Below, piece by piece: positions 1 through 8,275 of a DNA stretch of 64,000 nucleotides (position 1 is its first letter; the number at the start of each line of letters is the position of its first letter). The stretch is from positions 127,116-191,115 of the forward strand of contig CANMCY010000002.1 in assembly GCA_947496375.1 (NCBI GenBank), written 5' to 3'. This DNA comes from Flavobacteriales bacterium. Its GTDB lineage: Bacteria; Bacteroidota; Bacteroidia; NS11-12g; UBA955. Both the position numbers and the translations under genes were made by a program. The notes under the pieces were generated by a model. It was not told where the DNA came from and did not search any database. It saw nothing but the letters and a program-made list of their open reading frames with translations.

Positions 1-570
1 CCATATCATGCCCAAAGGAATCAGCGTTCCGGTGACGATCGCCAACAAATCGCGAAAACCCACATTCTTAAAAATAATAGTGGCTATCAGCAATAGCAAG
101 GATGCCATCAGGTATTCAGTAACAAATAAAGACCCTAAACTGAGCAGAGCGGCGGCATAAAACAGCAGTTTAGGACTTTGATCACTTTGGTGCATCCGGA
201 AAAGAAATGCAAAAGATCCGATGATGAAGTAATTGGAGACCATCAGGGGATTGATGTGCAGGTTCTCCGGAAATATGCTGTTGGCCAGTATAAAAAACCA
301 GGCAGGCATAAAGGTAGGGGTGTACAAAACATCATGCAAATTGCACAGACGATTGAACAGCATGGCCTGGCTAAATACTACAAGAAAACCCAACAAAAGC
401 GATAACCATGGCCACTGTCTTACGGTATTGAAAAATGGCTCAAATACAACCCCATTCAATGTTTCCGGGCTTGCCGTAACGGTGAAAAGGGCTGGTAAAC
501 GCAGTAACAACGCTCCGAAAAACACGGCGAATACCGCTGAGGGGCCTATATGTCTGAAATAACGAAGCAT
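1..570 (-). CDS. Multi-pass membrane protein of unknown function. It is partial and runs off the window start. Its ATG is at 570..568, 1 nt after the stop of the upstream secreted-protein gene.
   Basis: I translated the minus strand by hand. It reads MLRYFRHIGPSAVFAVFFGALLL... with at least 190 codons and no stop, and has several hydrophobic helices. It is not in the ORF track because it leaves the window. Confidence 0.5.
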   Translation of the reverse strand, partial: MLRYFRHIGPSAVFAVFFGALLLRLPALFTVTASPETLNGVVFEPFFNTVRQWPWLSLLLGFLVVFSQAMLFNRLCNLHDVLYTPTFMPAWFFILANSIFPENLHINPLMVSNYFIIGSFAFLFRMHQSDQSPKLLFYAAALLSLGSLFVTEYLMASLLLLIATIIFKNVGFRDLLAIVTGTLIPLGMIW

Positions 571-571
571 T

Positions 572-2014
572 CTAATCCTGGGTTAGTTTCAGTAACAGGG
601 GTTTTTTATCCATGGTTAACGGAACCAAAAAGCGGTTGTAGCCGATTTGCTTTCCTTCCTGTGGTACAAAACCCGTGTATACCTCATCGCTGTTGAACAA
701 GACTTTTTGCAAAATTGCACCCTTTTTGTCTATGCTGACATGCATAACACGATTATTTTGGGTAACATTATCGTTATAAAGCAAATTCACGCTGTTATCA
801 CATACATAAACGGCTATTCCATTGTAAAATCCCGCACCGGCAAATCCACTTTGCCTTTTGTGTAACACCTTAAACCACTCCATCTCTGCATTGGGATTCA
901 GCGAAACAATCAGCACATCGTCATAATGATAAATATTTTTACTGCTGGTCTGGGGAATACCATTGATGTAAAAGGTCTCCAGATGCTGGGTTATATAAAA
1001 TTTTTCAGCAATAAGGAGGGTGCCCCCATCGTCGCGCGGAACCACTTTACGGACAAACAGATTTTCAGGCAAACGCCCCTTTTCCTGGGCTGTTGCACCT
1101 ATCAGCTCACTCACCAGATCCTCAGAAAAAACGGTTTTAGTTACAGGCGCTGAATTGCCTTCCTCTATGCTGTCGGCGAGTGACAACATCAGGCAACCAC
1201 CTGATCTTTCCTCCTTGTTTTCATCCCAGAAGCCACCCAGCACAAAACACCCCGTAAATTCATCCCTAACGAGTTCCATCCCGCTGACGTGGTAAGATGT
1301 TGTGTTGATTGGAAGTAAAGGTTTAAAACCGGCAACCGTGCCGAAAGCAGCAAAATAGCGGATTGGGGAGCGGCGTCCTGCTTCCTCGTCATAAGACACT
1401 GTGCATGCGTGTTGCCCCTCATTTCCGAGTGCGGCCTCCTCTATGGTTACCTGTTTAGCACTAAAAGGCACCAGGCAGTTGTGTTGTAATTTCCGGCCCG
1501 TAGGGAGATGAAAGAGGGTAACCCCCAGTTTTTGTAGCCCCTGTTCTGAAACACCCTCAGTCCATATCCCAATCCACTGCCGGTTAAAACTGTATTCTGC
1601 CGTTACAGCATCCATAGATTCCGGATTGTCCAATACACCCAGTGTGCCTGCGGACTCTTTGTCCAGACCGGGCGCAATGAGCCGGTACTGAAGCCATGTC
1701 TGTTGCCTGATTTTTTCAAGATACACCATGCAAATGCCACTGTCATAGGTAAATAGTTTAATAAGACGCGATTTCCGGCCCAGTTCAATCGGTTTCTCAT
1801 TAAGGTATTCAAGACTGTGGCTGCTGCGAATGATGGTGAAGTTTTTACGCATATCTGCGTCCCGGTAATTCATTAGATACACACCGCCGGCATTTTCCCC
1901 CAGTACACGGTAGTGGCTGTATAAAGATCGTCCGTCGGGCAATGCGTTCATGGTAACCCGCTGGGCTAAGAGTGGACAGACGCCCAGTAACCATGCTATC
2001 AAAATGACACGCAT
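572..2014 (-). CDS. Secreted hypothetical protein of about 480 aa with an N-terminal signal peptide. It may be a beta-propeller-like fold.
   Basis: The ORF track runs to 2329, but the internal Met at 2014 gives a classic signal peptide, MRVILIAWLLGVCPLLAQ. Starting upstream would overlap the divergent hflX gene. I recognise no family. Confidence 0.55.
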   Translation of the reverse strand: MRVILIAWLLGVCPLLAQRVTMNALPDGRSLYSHYRVLGENAGGVYLMNYRDADMRKNFTIIRSSHSLEYLNEKPIELGRKSRLIKLFTYDSGICMVYLEKIRQQTWLQYRLIAPGLDKESAGTLGVLDNPESMDAVTAEYSFNRQWIGIWTEGVSEQGLQKLGVTLFHLPTGRKLQHNCLVPFSAKQVTIEEAALGNEGQHACTVSYDEEAGRRSPIRYFAAFGTVAGFKPLLPINTTSYHVSGMELVRDEFTGCFVLGGFWDENKEERSGGCLMLSLADSIEEGNSAPVTKTVFSEDLVSELIGATAQEKGRLPENLFVRKVVPRDDGGTLLIAEKFYITQHLETFYINGIPQTSSKNIYHYDDVLIVSLNPNAEMEWFKVLHKRQSGFAGAGFYNGIAVYVCDNSVNLLYNDNVTQNNRVMHVSIDKKGAILQKVLFNSDEVYTGFVPQEGKQIGYNRFLVPLTMDKKPLLLKLTQD

Positions 2015-2083
2015 CAACCTGATTTCAAAATTCGCCTTCCCATGCGGCATTGCCAAACCAAAAGGGTAATTTTGCCCCAAATC

Positions 2084-3271
2084 ATGGGTAAAAACAAGGA
2101 AAATCTGCACAGTACCGAGAAAAAACAGGAATATGCCGTACTGGTAGGGGTAGATTTTCCGGCGCAGGAAGGTCGCCTGCATGAATACCTTGACGAACTG
2201 GAGCAGCTGGTATCTACCGCCGGAGCCATTACCCTGAAAAGATTTACCCAAAAACTTCCCCACCCTAACCCGAAAACCTATCTGGGAACGGGCAAACTGG
2301 AAGAACTGGTATTGTGGGTGAAAGATCACAATATCGATATGGTGGTATTTGATGATGAATTATCACCCAGCCAAATCCGAAACCTGGAGCAAGACATGCC
2401 TGATGTGAAGGTACTTAGCCGCACGCACCTGATTCTGGATATTTTTGCCCGAAATGCAAAAACAGCTCAGGCCAAGATTCAGGTAGAACTGGCACAAAGC
2501 GTATTCCTGCTGCCACGCCTTACCCGCATGTGGACGCACCTTAGCCGCCAGAAAGGGGGTATCGGACTCAGGGGGCCCGGAGAAACCGAAATAGAAACCG
2601 ACCGCCGTGCCCTGAGGAATAAAATCAGTGTGCTAAAAGAACGGTTGGCCCACATTGAAAAAACTTCCCGCACCCAGCGCGCTTCCAGAGAAGGCATGTA
2701 TCGTGTGGCTTTGGTGGGTTACACCAACGTGGGTAAAAGCACCATTATGAACCTGCTCAGCAAAGCCGATGTGCTGGTGGAAAACAAACTATTTGCCACG
2801 CTGGATGCCACGGTTCGTAAGCTAGTGCTGCCCCACCCCACAGACGAGTTGAAAACCATGCCCATCCTACTTAGTGATACCGTGGGTTTCATCCGTAAAC
2901 TGCCCACTCAGCTGGTGGAGAGCTTCAAAAGTACGCTGGCAGAGGCCCTTGAGGCGGATATGCTGGTGCATGTGGTCGATATTAGCAGCCCGCATTTTGA
3001 GGAACAAATGCGCTCGGTGAAAGAAACGCTACTGGCCATTGGCGCCGGTAACAAACCTGAACTGGTCGTTTTTAATAAAATTGACGCCTTCCGGGGTGCC
3101 CCCGATGATTTCTTTGTAGGCCAAACCGGCCTCACTGCTACACAATTTGAAAAAAGCTGGATTGCAAAGGAAAATGCACCGGCTGTTTTTATTTCGGCCA
3201 CGGGCAAAGACAATGTGGATGCGCTGAAAAAAGTACTGACGGAGTTGTTGTTGAAGTTACGGATACAATAA
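2084..3271 (+). CDS. hflX: GTPase HflX
   Basis: G1 motif GYTNVGKST, the DTVGF motif, NKID, and an HflX-type N-terminal domain (LQVELAQSVFLLPRL, GPGETEIETDRR). I prefer the start MGKNKEN at 2084. The ORF track's first M is at 2042. Confidence 0.9.
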   Translation: MGKNKENLHSTEKKQEYAVLVGVDFPAQEGRLHEYLDELEQLVSTAGAITLKRFTQKLPHPNPKTYLGTGKLEELVLWVKDHNIDMVVFDDELSPSQIRNLEQDMPDVKVLSRTHLILDIFARNAKTAQAKIQVELAQSVFLLPRLTRMWTHLSRQKGGIGLRGPGETEIETDRRALRNKISVLKERLAHIEKTSRTQRASREGMYRVALVGYTNVGKSTIMNLLSKADVLVENKLFATLDATVRKLVLPHPTDELKTMPILLSDTVGFIRKLPTQLVESFKSTLAEALEADMLVHVVDISSPHFEEQMRSVKETLLAIGAGNKPELVVFNKIDAFRGAPDDFFVGQTGLTATQFEKSWIAKENAPAVFISATGKDNVDALKKVLTELLLKLRIQ

Positions 3272-3320
3272 TAACCTATTTGAATAATTAATATTATTTT
3301 AGTATATTTGATATTGATTT

Positions 3321-3551
3321 ATGACAAAAAAGCAGATTATAGAAAAAACTATTCAAGTCATCAATAAACTACCCACTGATAAAGCTTTAGAGATATCGGA
3401 TTTTGCTGAATTTATATCAAAAAAATACGAAAATTATATTTTAAATGAAGGTATCCAACATTTGGTAAGCGAAAGTCAATCCTTTGATTTTTTATCTGAT
3501 GAGGAAGATCTCTACACTGAAAAAGATATAAAGCAACACCACAATAGCTAA
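3321..3551 (+). CDS. Small hypothetical protein of 76 aa in an AT-rich islet. It may be DUF2281-like or antitoxin-like.
   Basis: The N-terminus MTKKQIIEKTIQVINKLPTDKALEISDFAEFISKK resembles small helical antitoxin-like domains. The local GC is much lower than the flanks. I see no toxin partner. Confidence 0.4.
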   Translation: MTKKQIIEKTIQVINKLPTDKALEISDFAEFISKKYENYILNEGIQHLVSESQSFDFLSDEEDLYTEKDIKQHHNS

Positions 3552-3593
3552 AGGAGCCGTCATTTAAATTACATTTCCTTTACATCTCTCTGC

Positions 3594-4238
3594 ATGCACC
3601 CTTTCACCCCCGAACAGCAAGCAGCCCAATTGCGAAAACCCCATGGCGAAGGTGCTGAAGCCATTGCCGCCTATATGCGTGAGTTAAACCGGGAACTATA
3701 TACGCATGTTGTAAATCATTTGTTGCCTGCCAAAAATCTTTCGCTGCTGGAACTGGGTTTTGGAGAAGGTATCGTGCCTGAAATACTTGATCAGCATAAC
3801 GCAACGCTGCATTATACCGGGATTGATTTCTCTGATGAAATGGTGAAAATGGCCACTGCCAAACATATTCCGGGAGCGCGTTTTGTGAGGGGCGATATAG
3901 GTCACATGCCTTTTTCCGATCAAACATTCGATGTGGTTTTTGGCATCAATGTGCTGTATTTCTGGGAAACCCCGGAAAAGGAACTATCAGAAATCCTGAG
4001 GGTGCTGAAGACCGGCGGTCTGCTAATGCTTGGCTATCGCCCCAAAACCTTTATGCAGGCCATACCCTTCACCCAATTCGGTTTTACGCTCTATGAAACA
4101 ACAGCGCTTGAAACTTTGCTGGCAAAAAACGGTTTTGAAGAAATTTCCACCGAAACAACCGAAGAGCCCGACCGTATCATCTCGGGAAAACTAAAACCGA
4201 TGCAGCACGCAGTCACCCTGGCAAAGAAACCTGCCTAA
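3594..4238 (+). CDS. Class I SAM-dependent methyltransferase
   Basis: Motif I LELGFGEG, then IDFSDEM, the acidic loop GDIGHMPFSDQTFDVVFG, and LKTGGLLML. This is a methyltransferase type 11 fold. Confidence 0.85.
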   Translation: MHPFTPEQQAAQLRKPHGEGAEAIAAYMRELNRELYTHVVNHLLPAKNLSLLELGFGEGIVPEILDQHNATLHYTGIDFSDEMVKMATAKHIPGARFVRGDIGHMPFSDQTFDVVFGINVLYFWETPEKELSEILRVLKTGGLLMLGYRPKTFMQAIPFTQFGFTLYETTALETLLAKNGFEEISTETTEEPDRIISGKLKPMQHAVTLAKKPA

Positions 4239-4281
4239 CCTTAATATACGAAAAATTACCCAATTTTCCAAATAAATCGGG

Positions 4282-4289
4282 TAAGTTTG
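4282..4289 (+). promoter_or_regulatory. Bacteroidota-type -7 promoter box (TAnnTTTG) upstream of the HAAO gene
   Basis: TAAGTTTG matches the TAnnTTTG consensus known for Bacteroidota sigma-A promoters. The ATG is at 4297. Confidence 0.35.
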
Positions 4290-4296
4290 CATTATC

Positions 4297-4827
4297 ATGA
4301 ACATACGCATGCCTTTCAACCTGAATCAGTGGATTGAGGAAAACAAGCACCTGCTGAAACCCCCGGTGGCCAATAAAAATCTCTATCCCGAAGGCACCGA
4401 CTACATCGTGATGATTGTGGGAGGTCCCAACGCCCGCAAAGACTACCATTACAACGAAACAGAAGAACTTTTCTACCAGCTTGAAGGGGAAGCCCTCATC
4501 AAAATTCAGGTAGACGGCAAATGTGTGGAAGTGCCCTTAAAAGCTGGCGATATGTACCTGCATCCCGCCGGTGTGCCTCATAGCCCCGGTCGCATGGCCG
4601 GCGGTGTGGGCCTCGTTATTGAGCGGGTACGCGAAAACAAAGGATACAAAGACGGACTGCTGTGGTTTTGCGACAAATGCAACACCAAACTGCACGAAAC
4701 CTACTTTGAACTGCAGAATATAGAAACTGATTTTCTGCCCCATTTTAAACACTATTACGGCTCAGAAGAACTGCGCACCTGCAAAACCTGCGGTCATGTA
4801 ATGGAAGCAGATCCTCGTTTTGTATAA
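4297..4827 (+). CDS. nbaC: 3-hydroxyanthranilate 3,4-dioxygenase (kynurenine pathway)
   Basis: Cupin core with HPAGVPHSP, and a C-terminal rubredoxin-like Cys4 (CDKC...CKTCGH). The bacterial HAAO size is about 175 aa. A TAAGTTTG -7 box lies 7 nt upstream. Confidence 0.85.
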   Translation: MNIRMPFNLNQWIEENKHLLKPPVANKNLYPEGTDYIVMIVGGPNARKDYHYNETEELFYQLEGEALIKIQVDGKCVEVPLKAGDMYLHPAGVPHSPGRMAGGVGLVIERVRENKGYKDGLLWFCDKCNTKLHETYFELQNIETDFLPHFKHYYGSEELRTCKTCGHVMEADPRFV

Positions 4828-4836
4828 AGCAGTTTT

Positions 4837-5979
4837 ATGAGGTTTTTCCCGCTGCTTATTTGTTTAGGGCTGTCAACCCCACTGCTCTCGCAGGTAGTGA
4901 ATACCGGTTTTGTGGATACCGCCGGCGGCGAACACCTGGGTAAAATTACGCTGGGCGCCTGTGTGGATGTGTATGCCAACAGCAGCGGAGCGGGGAAAAC
5001 ATTGCCCTACATGGTTTCTTCAGCGCAAAACAACACCTTCGGCGTAAACCTCGCTATGCTCGACATTCGCTATCAGACCACGGGGATAAGAGCTCGGCTG
5101 GTACCCGCGTTTGGAACCTACATGAATGCCAACATGGCCAATGAACCCGGCACCTTGAAAAACCTGCTCGAAGCCAGCGTGGGTGTGCGGATTTCCAAAA
5201 AATTAAACCTGTGGATGGATGCTGGTATTCTGGGCTCGCCCTATACCAATGAAAACCCCGTAAGCAAAGACCAGCTCATGTATTCCCGTTCATTATCTGC
5301 CGAAAATTCACCGTATTACCTAAGCGGGGTTAAACTGGGATTGCCCCTGCGCGAAAACGTCCGTTTCTATGCCTATCTCATCAATGGCTGGCAACAAATT
5401 CAGGATCATAATGAGCAACTTTCACTGGGAACCCAACTGGAATGGCAGCCGGGTAAAAACCACATCATCAACTGGAACACCTATATCGGTAATGAAAAAA
5501 GCATTGACCACCCAAATTTCGGTACCCGCTATTTTACCGACCTCTACTGGATAGGCAAATTGGGCAAAAAATGGGATGTGTCTGCCTGCGTGTATGCCGG
5601 AGTTCAGCGCTATACCTCGCTGCGAACTGACAGTCTTATGCCCATTCCCGACCATGCTGACTATAAACAATATACCTGGTGGAATGCCAATGTGCAGGTG
5701 AAGTATGCTTTTAACTCTAAATTATCGCTTTCAGGACGTTTGGAGTGGTTTGATGATGCCAACAATATCTTTCAAACACCTATGCATCATGCTATTAAGG
5801 GGTATAGAACCGGCAGTTATGGATTTTGTTTAAACCGAAAAATTGAAGATCATGCCCTGCTGAGACTGGAATACCGTCGCTTCTTTAGCGGCAGTGATGC
5901 GATTTCTATTTACCCGTTTGACAGTGGATACCGCGACAACCTGGATGTAGTCAGCGCCTCGATGTTTGTGTGGTTTTAA
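4837..5979 (+). CDS. Outer-membrane beta-barrel, porin-like protein
   Basis: Signal peptide MRFFPLLICLGLSTPLLSQ. The composition is rich in alternating aromatic and polar residues, and the sequence ends with a C-terminal F (..FVWF). Confidence 0.6.
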   Translation: MRFFPLLICLGLSTPLLSQVVNTGFVDTAGGEHLGKITLGACVDVYANSSGAGKTLPYMVSSAQNNTFGVNLAMLDIRYQTTGIRARLVPAFGTYMNANMANEPGTLKNLLEASVGVRISKKLNLWMDAGILGSPYTNENPVSKDQLMYSRSLSAENSPYYLSGVKLGLPLRENVRFYAYLINGWQQIQDHNEQLSLGTQLEWQPGKNHIINWNTYIGNEKSIDHPNFGTRYFTDLYWIGKLGKKWDVSACVYAGVQRYTSLRTDSLMPIPDHADYKQYTWWNANVQVKYAFNSKLSLSGRLEWFDDANNIFQTPMHHAIKGYRTGSYGFCLNRKIEDHALLRLEYRRFFSGSDAISIYPFDSGYRDNLDVVSASMFVWF

Positions 5980-6034
5980 AGATGATACAACTGCTTGGCT
6001 AAAATGTGGGGAGACAAACTTCCATTCAACTCCC

Positions 6035-6105
6035 AAAACCCCGAAGGGGTGGCATTATTATAGCACCAACGGTGCGGTAAATCCCGAACCCCGTAGGGGT
6101 GACAT
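6035..6105. repeat. About 70-bp structured repeat, copy 1. It holds three short hairpins: ccccGAAgggg, gcaccAACggtgc and ccccgTAgggg.
   Basis: Direct repeat of 7399..7470, about 90% identical by eye. Each hairpin is a perfect 4-5 bp GC stem with a 3-nt loop. Confidence 0.8.
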
Positions 6106-6127
6106 AAAAAACAATGTTGTATATTTA

Positions 6128-6157
6128 TAAAAAAACCCGAAGTCGGGCGACTTCGGG
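6128..6157 (-). terminator. Rho-independent terminator for the lipoprotein gene 6191..6571 on the minus strand
   Basis: cccgaagtcg-gg-cgacttcggg is a perfect 10-bp inverted repeat. On the plus strand an A7 run precedes it, which is a T-run on the minus strand. It sits 30 nt downstream of the gene's stop. Confidence 0.7.
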
Positions 6158-6190
6158 CTGTGTGTTAGCTATTGAGCTATTATGGTTTAG

Positions 6191-6571
6191 TTATTCTAAT
6201 GTTAATGTGAGTTCCAAATCTTTGCCTGCTACTATTTGAATTTGACCTTCTCCATAATATTCATCACTGCCTACAACATGATAACAGTCGTAATAATAGT
6301 TTCCAGGATTTAACTGTCCAAAATTTGCTTGGCCATTAGAATTAGTTACTTTTTCTTGTAAATAAATTGAATTGTCAAGATTTGCTTGAGATGTAGCAAG
6401 TCCAACATCAACACCTGTTAAAAAACCTGTAGAACCCTCTAGTTTAACTTTAACAACCAAACCACCCGTCGTAGGTGTTGGAGCAGGATCTTCTTTGGAA
6501 CAAGAATTTAGAGAGAACGTACCCATTAGCAGCACTAATGCCAAACCAAGATTGTAAATTGTTTTTTTCAT
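6191..6571 (-). CDS. Small lipoprotein of 126 aa with a single carboxypeptidase-regulatory-like or transthyretin-like beta-sandwich domain
   Basis: Signal peptide plus lipobox (LMGTFSLNSC). The pattern GLVVKVKLEGSTGF..VTNSNGQANFGQLNPGNYYY resembles CarbopepD_reg-like domains. Codon usage is AT-rich compared with the neighbouring genes. Confidence 0.6.
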   Translation of the reverse strand: MKKTIYNLGLALVLLMGTFSLNSCSKEDPAPTPTTGGLVVKVKLEGSTGFLTGVDVGLATSQANLDNSIYLQEKVTNSNGQANFGQLNPGNYYYDCYHVVGSDEYYGEGQIQIVAGKDLELTLTLE

Positions 6572-6721
6572 GTTTTGAGTTAATATTTAATTGTTTTCAA
6601 CACTAACCCATAACAATAAGAATTCAAAACACGTGTAGATTGTATTTTCCACTTTTTATGAACACTACCCTATTTGTTGTGCTTTTGTCGTTTTAATTGT
6701 ATTATAATTTAGTTTAACCCC

Positions 6722-7018
6722 ATGTTTGCACACAAAACCACCGAATACAAGCAGCCGGGGAACATCGGCAATAAAATCAAAATGGTGCGTGAAAGCATAA
6801 ACCTCTCTCAGGAGTACGTAGCTACCAAACTGAATATCAGCCAGCAAACTTACTCCCGTATAAAGAAAAATCTGGATAATATTTCCGTTTCACGCCTGCG
6901 TGAATTATCCTCCATTCTGGGTGTGACGATCAATACGCTGGTAGGCGAAGATGACTTGTGTATACAACAAAATTACAACCAGAAGGGTGGCAATGCCGGC
7001 ACTGTAATGAATGTGTAA
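6722..7018 (+). CDS. XRE-family helix-turn-helix transcriptional regulator. It may be truncated, because an in-frame TAA is followed by a 33-codon helical extension.
   Basis: HTH_3 signature NKIKMVRESINLSQEYVATKLNISQQTYSRIKKN. After the TAA at 7016-7018 the same frame continues GPTDSERKVYEERINDLKQQLEAMQKLLLALSK* to 7120. Confidence 0.7.
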   Translation: MFAHKTTEYKQPGNIGNKIKMVRESINLSQEYVATKLNISQQTYSRIKKNLDNISVSRLRELSSILGVTINTLVGEDDLCIQQNYNQKGGNAGTVMNV

Positions 7019-7123
7019 GGCCCGACAGACAGCGAGCGAAAAGTGTATGAAGAACGCATCAACGACCTGAAACAACAACTGGAGGCCATGCAGAAGCTGT
7101 TGCTGGCGTTGAGTAAGTAGTGT

Positions 7124-7208
7124 GGTTTATTGGTTCATCAGTTTATTGGTGTATTGGTTTATTAGTCTATTGGTGATGTGCATTTACCTAATAAACCAAT
7201 CAACAATT
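7124..7208. repeat. Iteron-like cluster. It has four or five direct TTTATTGGT repeats plus a 13-bp inverted repeat, attggtttattag ... ctaataaaccaat.
   Basis: Direct reading of the sequence: gtttattggttcatcagtttattggtgtattggtttattagtctattggtg....cctaataaaccaatcaacaat. Confidence 0.6.
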
Positions 7209-7235
7209 AAACTGGTTACAATTAATACAGCAGGG

Positions 7236-7270
7236 TTGTGAAATAAAACCCAAAGTCGGGAGACTTCGGG
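7236..7270. repeat. GC-rich hairpin module, copy 2: ggttgtgaaataaaa followed by cccaaagtcggg-a-gacttcggg.
   Basis: Near-identical to the hairpin at 6136..6157. The ggttgtgaaataa motif occurs again at 7488..7500. Confidence 0.6.
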
Positions 7271-7322
7271 TAGCGGTGCAAAGTAGCTGGGATAACGCAG
7301 CCTTAGGGCAGTGGATGCATTA

Positions 7323-7341
7323 ATGCCACCCCTTCGGGGTT
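7323..7341. repeat. Inverted partial copy of repeat hairpin 1 (atgccaccccttcggggtt)
   Basis: It is the reverse complement of the aaccccgaaggggtggcat core found in both 70-bp repeat copies. Confidence 0.6.
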
Positions 7342-7398
7342 CCTATTACCGTCTATTTGGTTATTATTATCATTCCGCTCCTCCGGAGCTGTTTACAA

Positions 7399-7470
7399 AA
7401 AAACCCCGAAGGGGTGATATTATTATAGCACCAACGGTGCGATACATCCCAAACCCCGAAGGGGTGGCAT
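7399..7470. repeat. About 70-bp structured repeat, copy 2
   Basis: aaaaccccgaaggggtgatattattatagcaccaacggtgcgatacatcccaaaccccgaaggggtggcat. It is a direct repeat of 6035..6105. Confidence 0.8.
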
Positions 7471-7505
7471 ACATTCAATTGAGCTAGGTTGTGAAATAAG
7501 ACCTT

Positions 7506-8132
7506 TCAGTCCTGCATTCCCTTTCCCTGTAAAATCCTGTCTCTGTTTTTGGCAATTCTGTCAATGCGGGTTTGGGATTGTTTGGCACCCCCAAAATAGA
7601 GGATATAGCCCCTTTGCCTGCCCGGTGTTAATGCAAAAAACGCTGAAGACAGCTCTGCATCCGATTTGATGGCCTGCTGGAGCTCCTCACACATGGGCTG
7701 CTGTTCCGGTGAGTTGAAAGTCACTTTCTGTCCGGATTCTTCTATCAAAATGGCCTCTTTGAGGTAACCCATAATACTGGAAGACTGCGCTGTTACCTCT
7801 TCAGGCGCCGTAAACTTCATGTATCGTGCTGACTGACTGTTCTCACCGGGTTTCACCAGAAGATTTTCCGGATCTTTCATCAGTGCGCCTTTTAAGAAAC
7901 TGAGGGTGGCACAGCCCTTTAATACCCCCAGCAACACTACATTTTTCTTTCCTGTCACATAGCAGGGCACGCCCCACTTACGGGTTTCTGTGAGACCGCT
8001 TTCAAGCACCAGGTCCCTCAACAATATCAACTCATCCCGCCAGGTGTGAACCTTACATGCCGGCGTTCCTCCAAGCGAGCAGCGTCCGCAACCCTCCATA
8101 AAAAAAACGTCTGCTTCGGAAACGGCTCTCAC
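7506..8132 (-). CDS. YdeI/OmpD-associated family protein (DUF1801-like)
   Basis: C-terminal signature FFALTPGRQRGYILYFGGAKQSQTRIDRIAK together with an N-terminal CGRC..C motif. Confidence 0.65.
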   Translation of the reverse strand: MRAVSEADVFFMEGCGRCSLGGTPACKVHTWRDELILLRDLVLESGLTETRKWGVPCYVTGKKNVVLLGVLKGCATLSFLKGALMKDPENLLVKPGENSQSARYMKFTAPEEVTAQSSSIMGYLKEAILIEESGQKVTFNSPEQQPMCEELQQAIKSDAELSSAFFALTPGRQRGYILYFGGAKQSQTRIDRIAKNRDRILQGKGMQD

Positions 8133-8275
8133 AAAGGCAAAAATATGCTATTGCGATTGAACCCATTACAACAGATTCAATCATTTTTACCCGCAAAACC
8201 TAAGGATTGTCATATTTATTCCAAAAAATTCCGGATTTCAAGGTCAAATCCGCCACCTGCATTATATTTGTTATT

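Noticed and set aside
572-2329. Upstream 105-codon extension of the secreted-protein ORF in the ORF track
   Set aside because: It would overlap the divergent hflX gene. The internal Met at 2014 gives a canonical signal peptide.
5980-7505. CRISPR array suspected from the repeated elements
   Set aside because: There are only two full repeat copies, 1.3 kb apart, with genes between them. There are no regularly spaced short repeats and spacers, and no cas genes.
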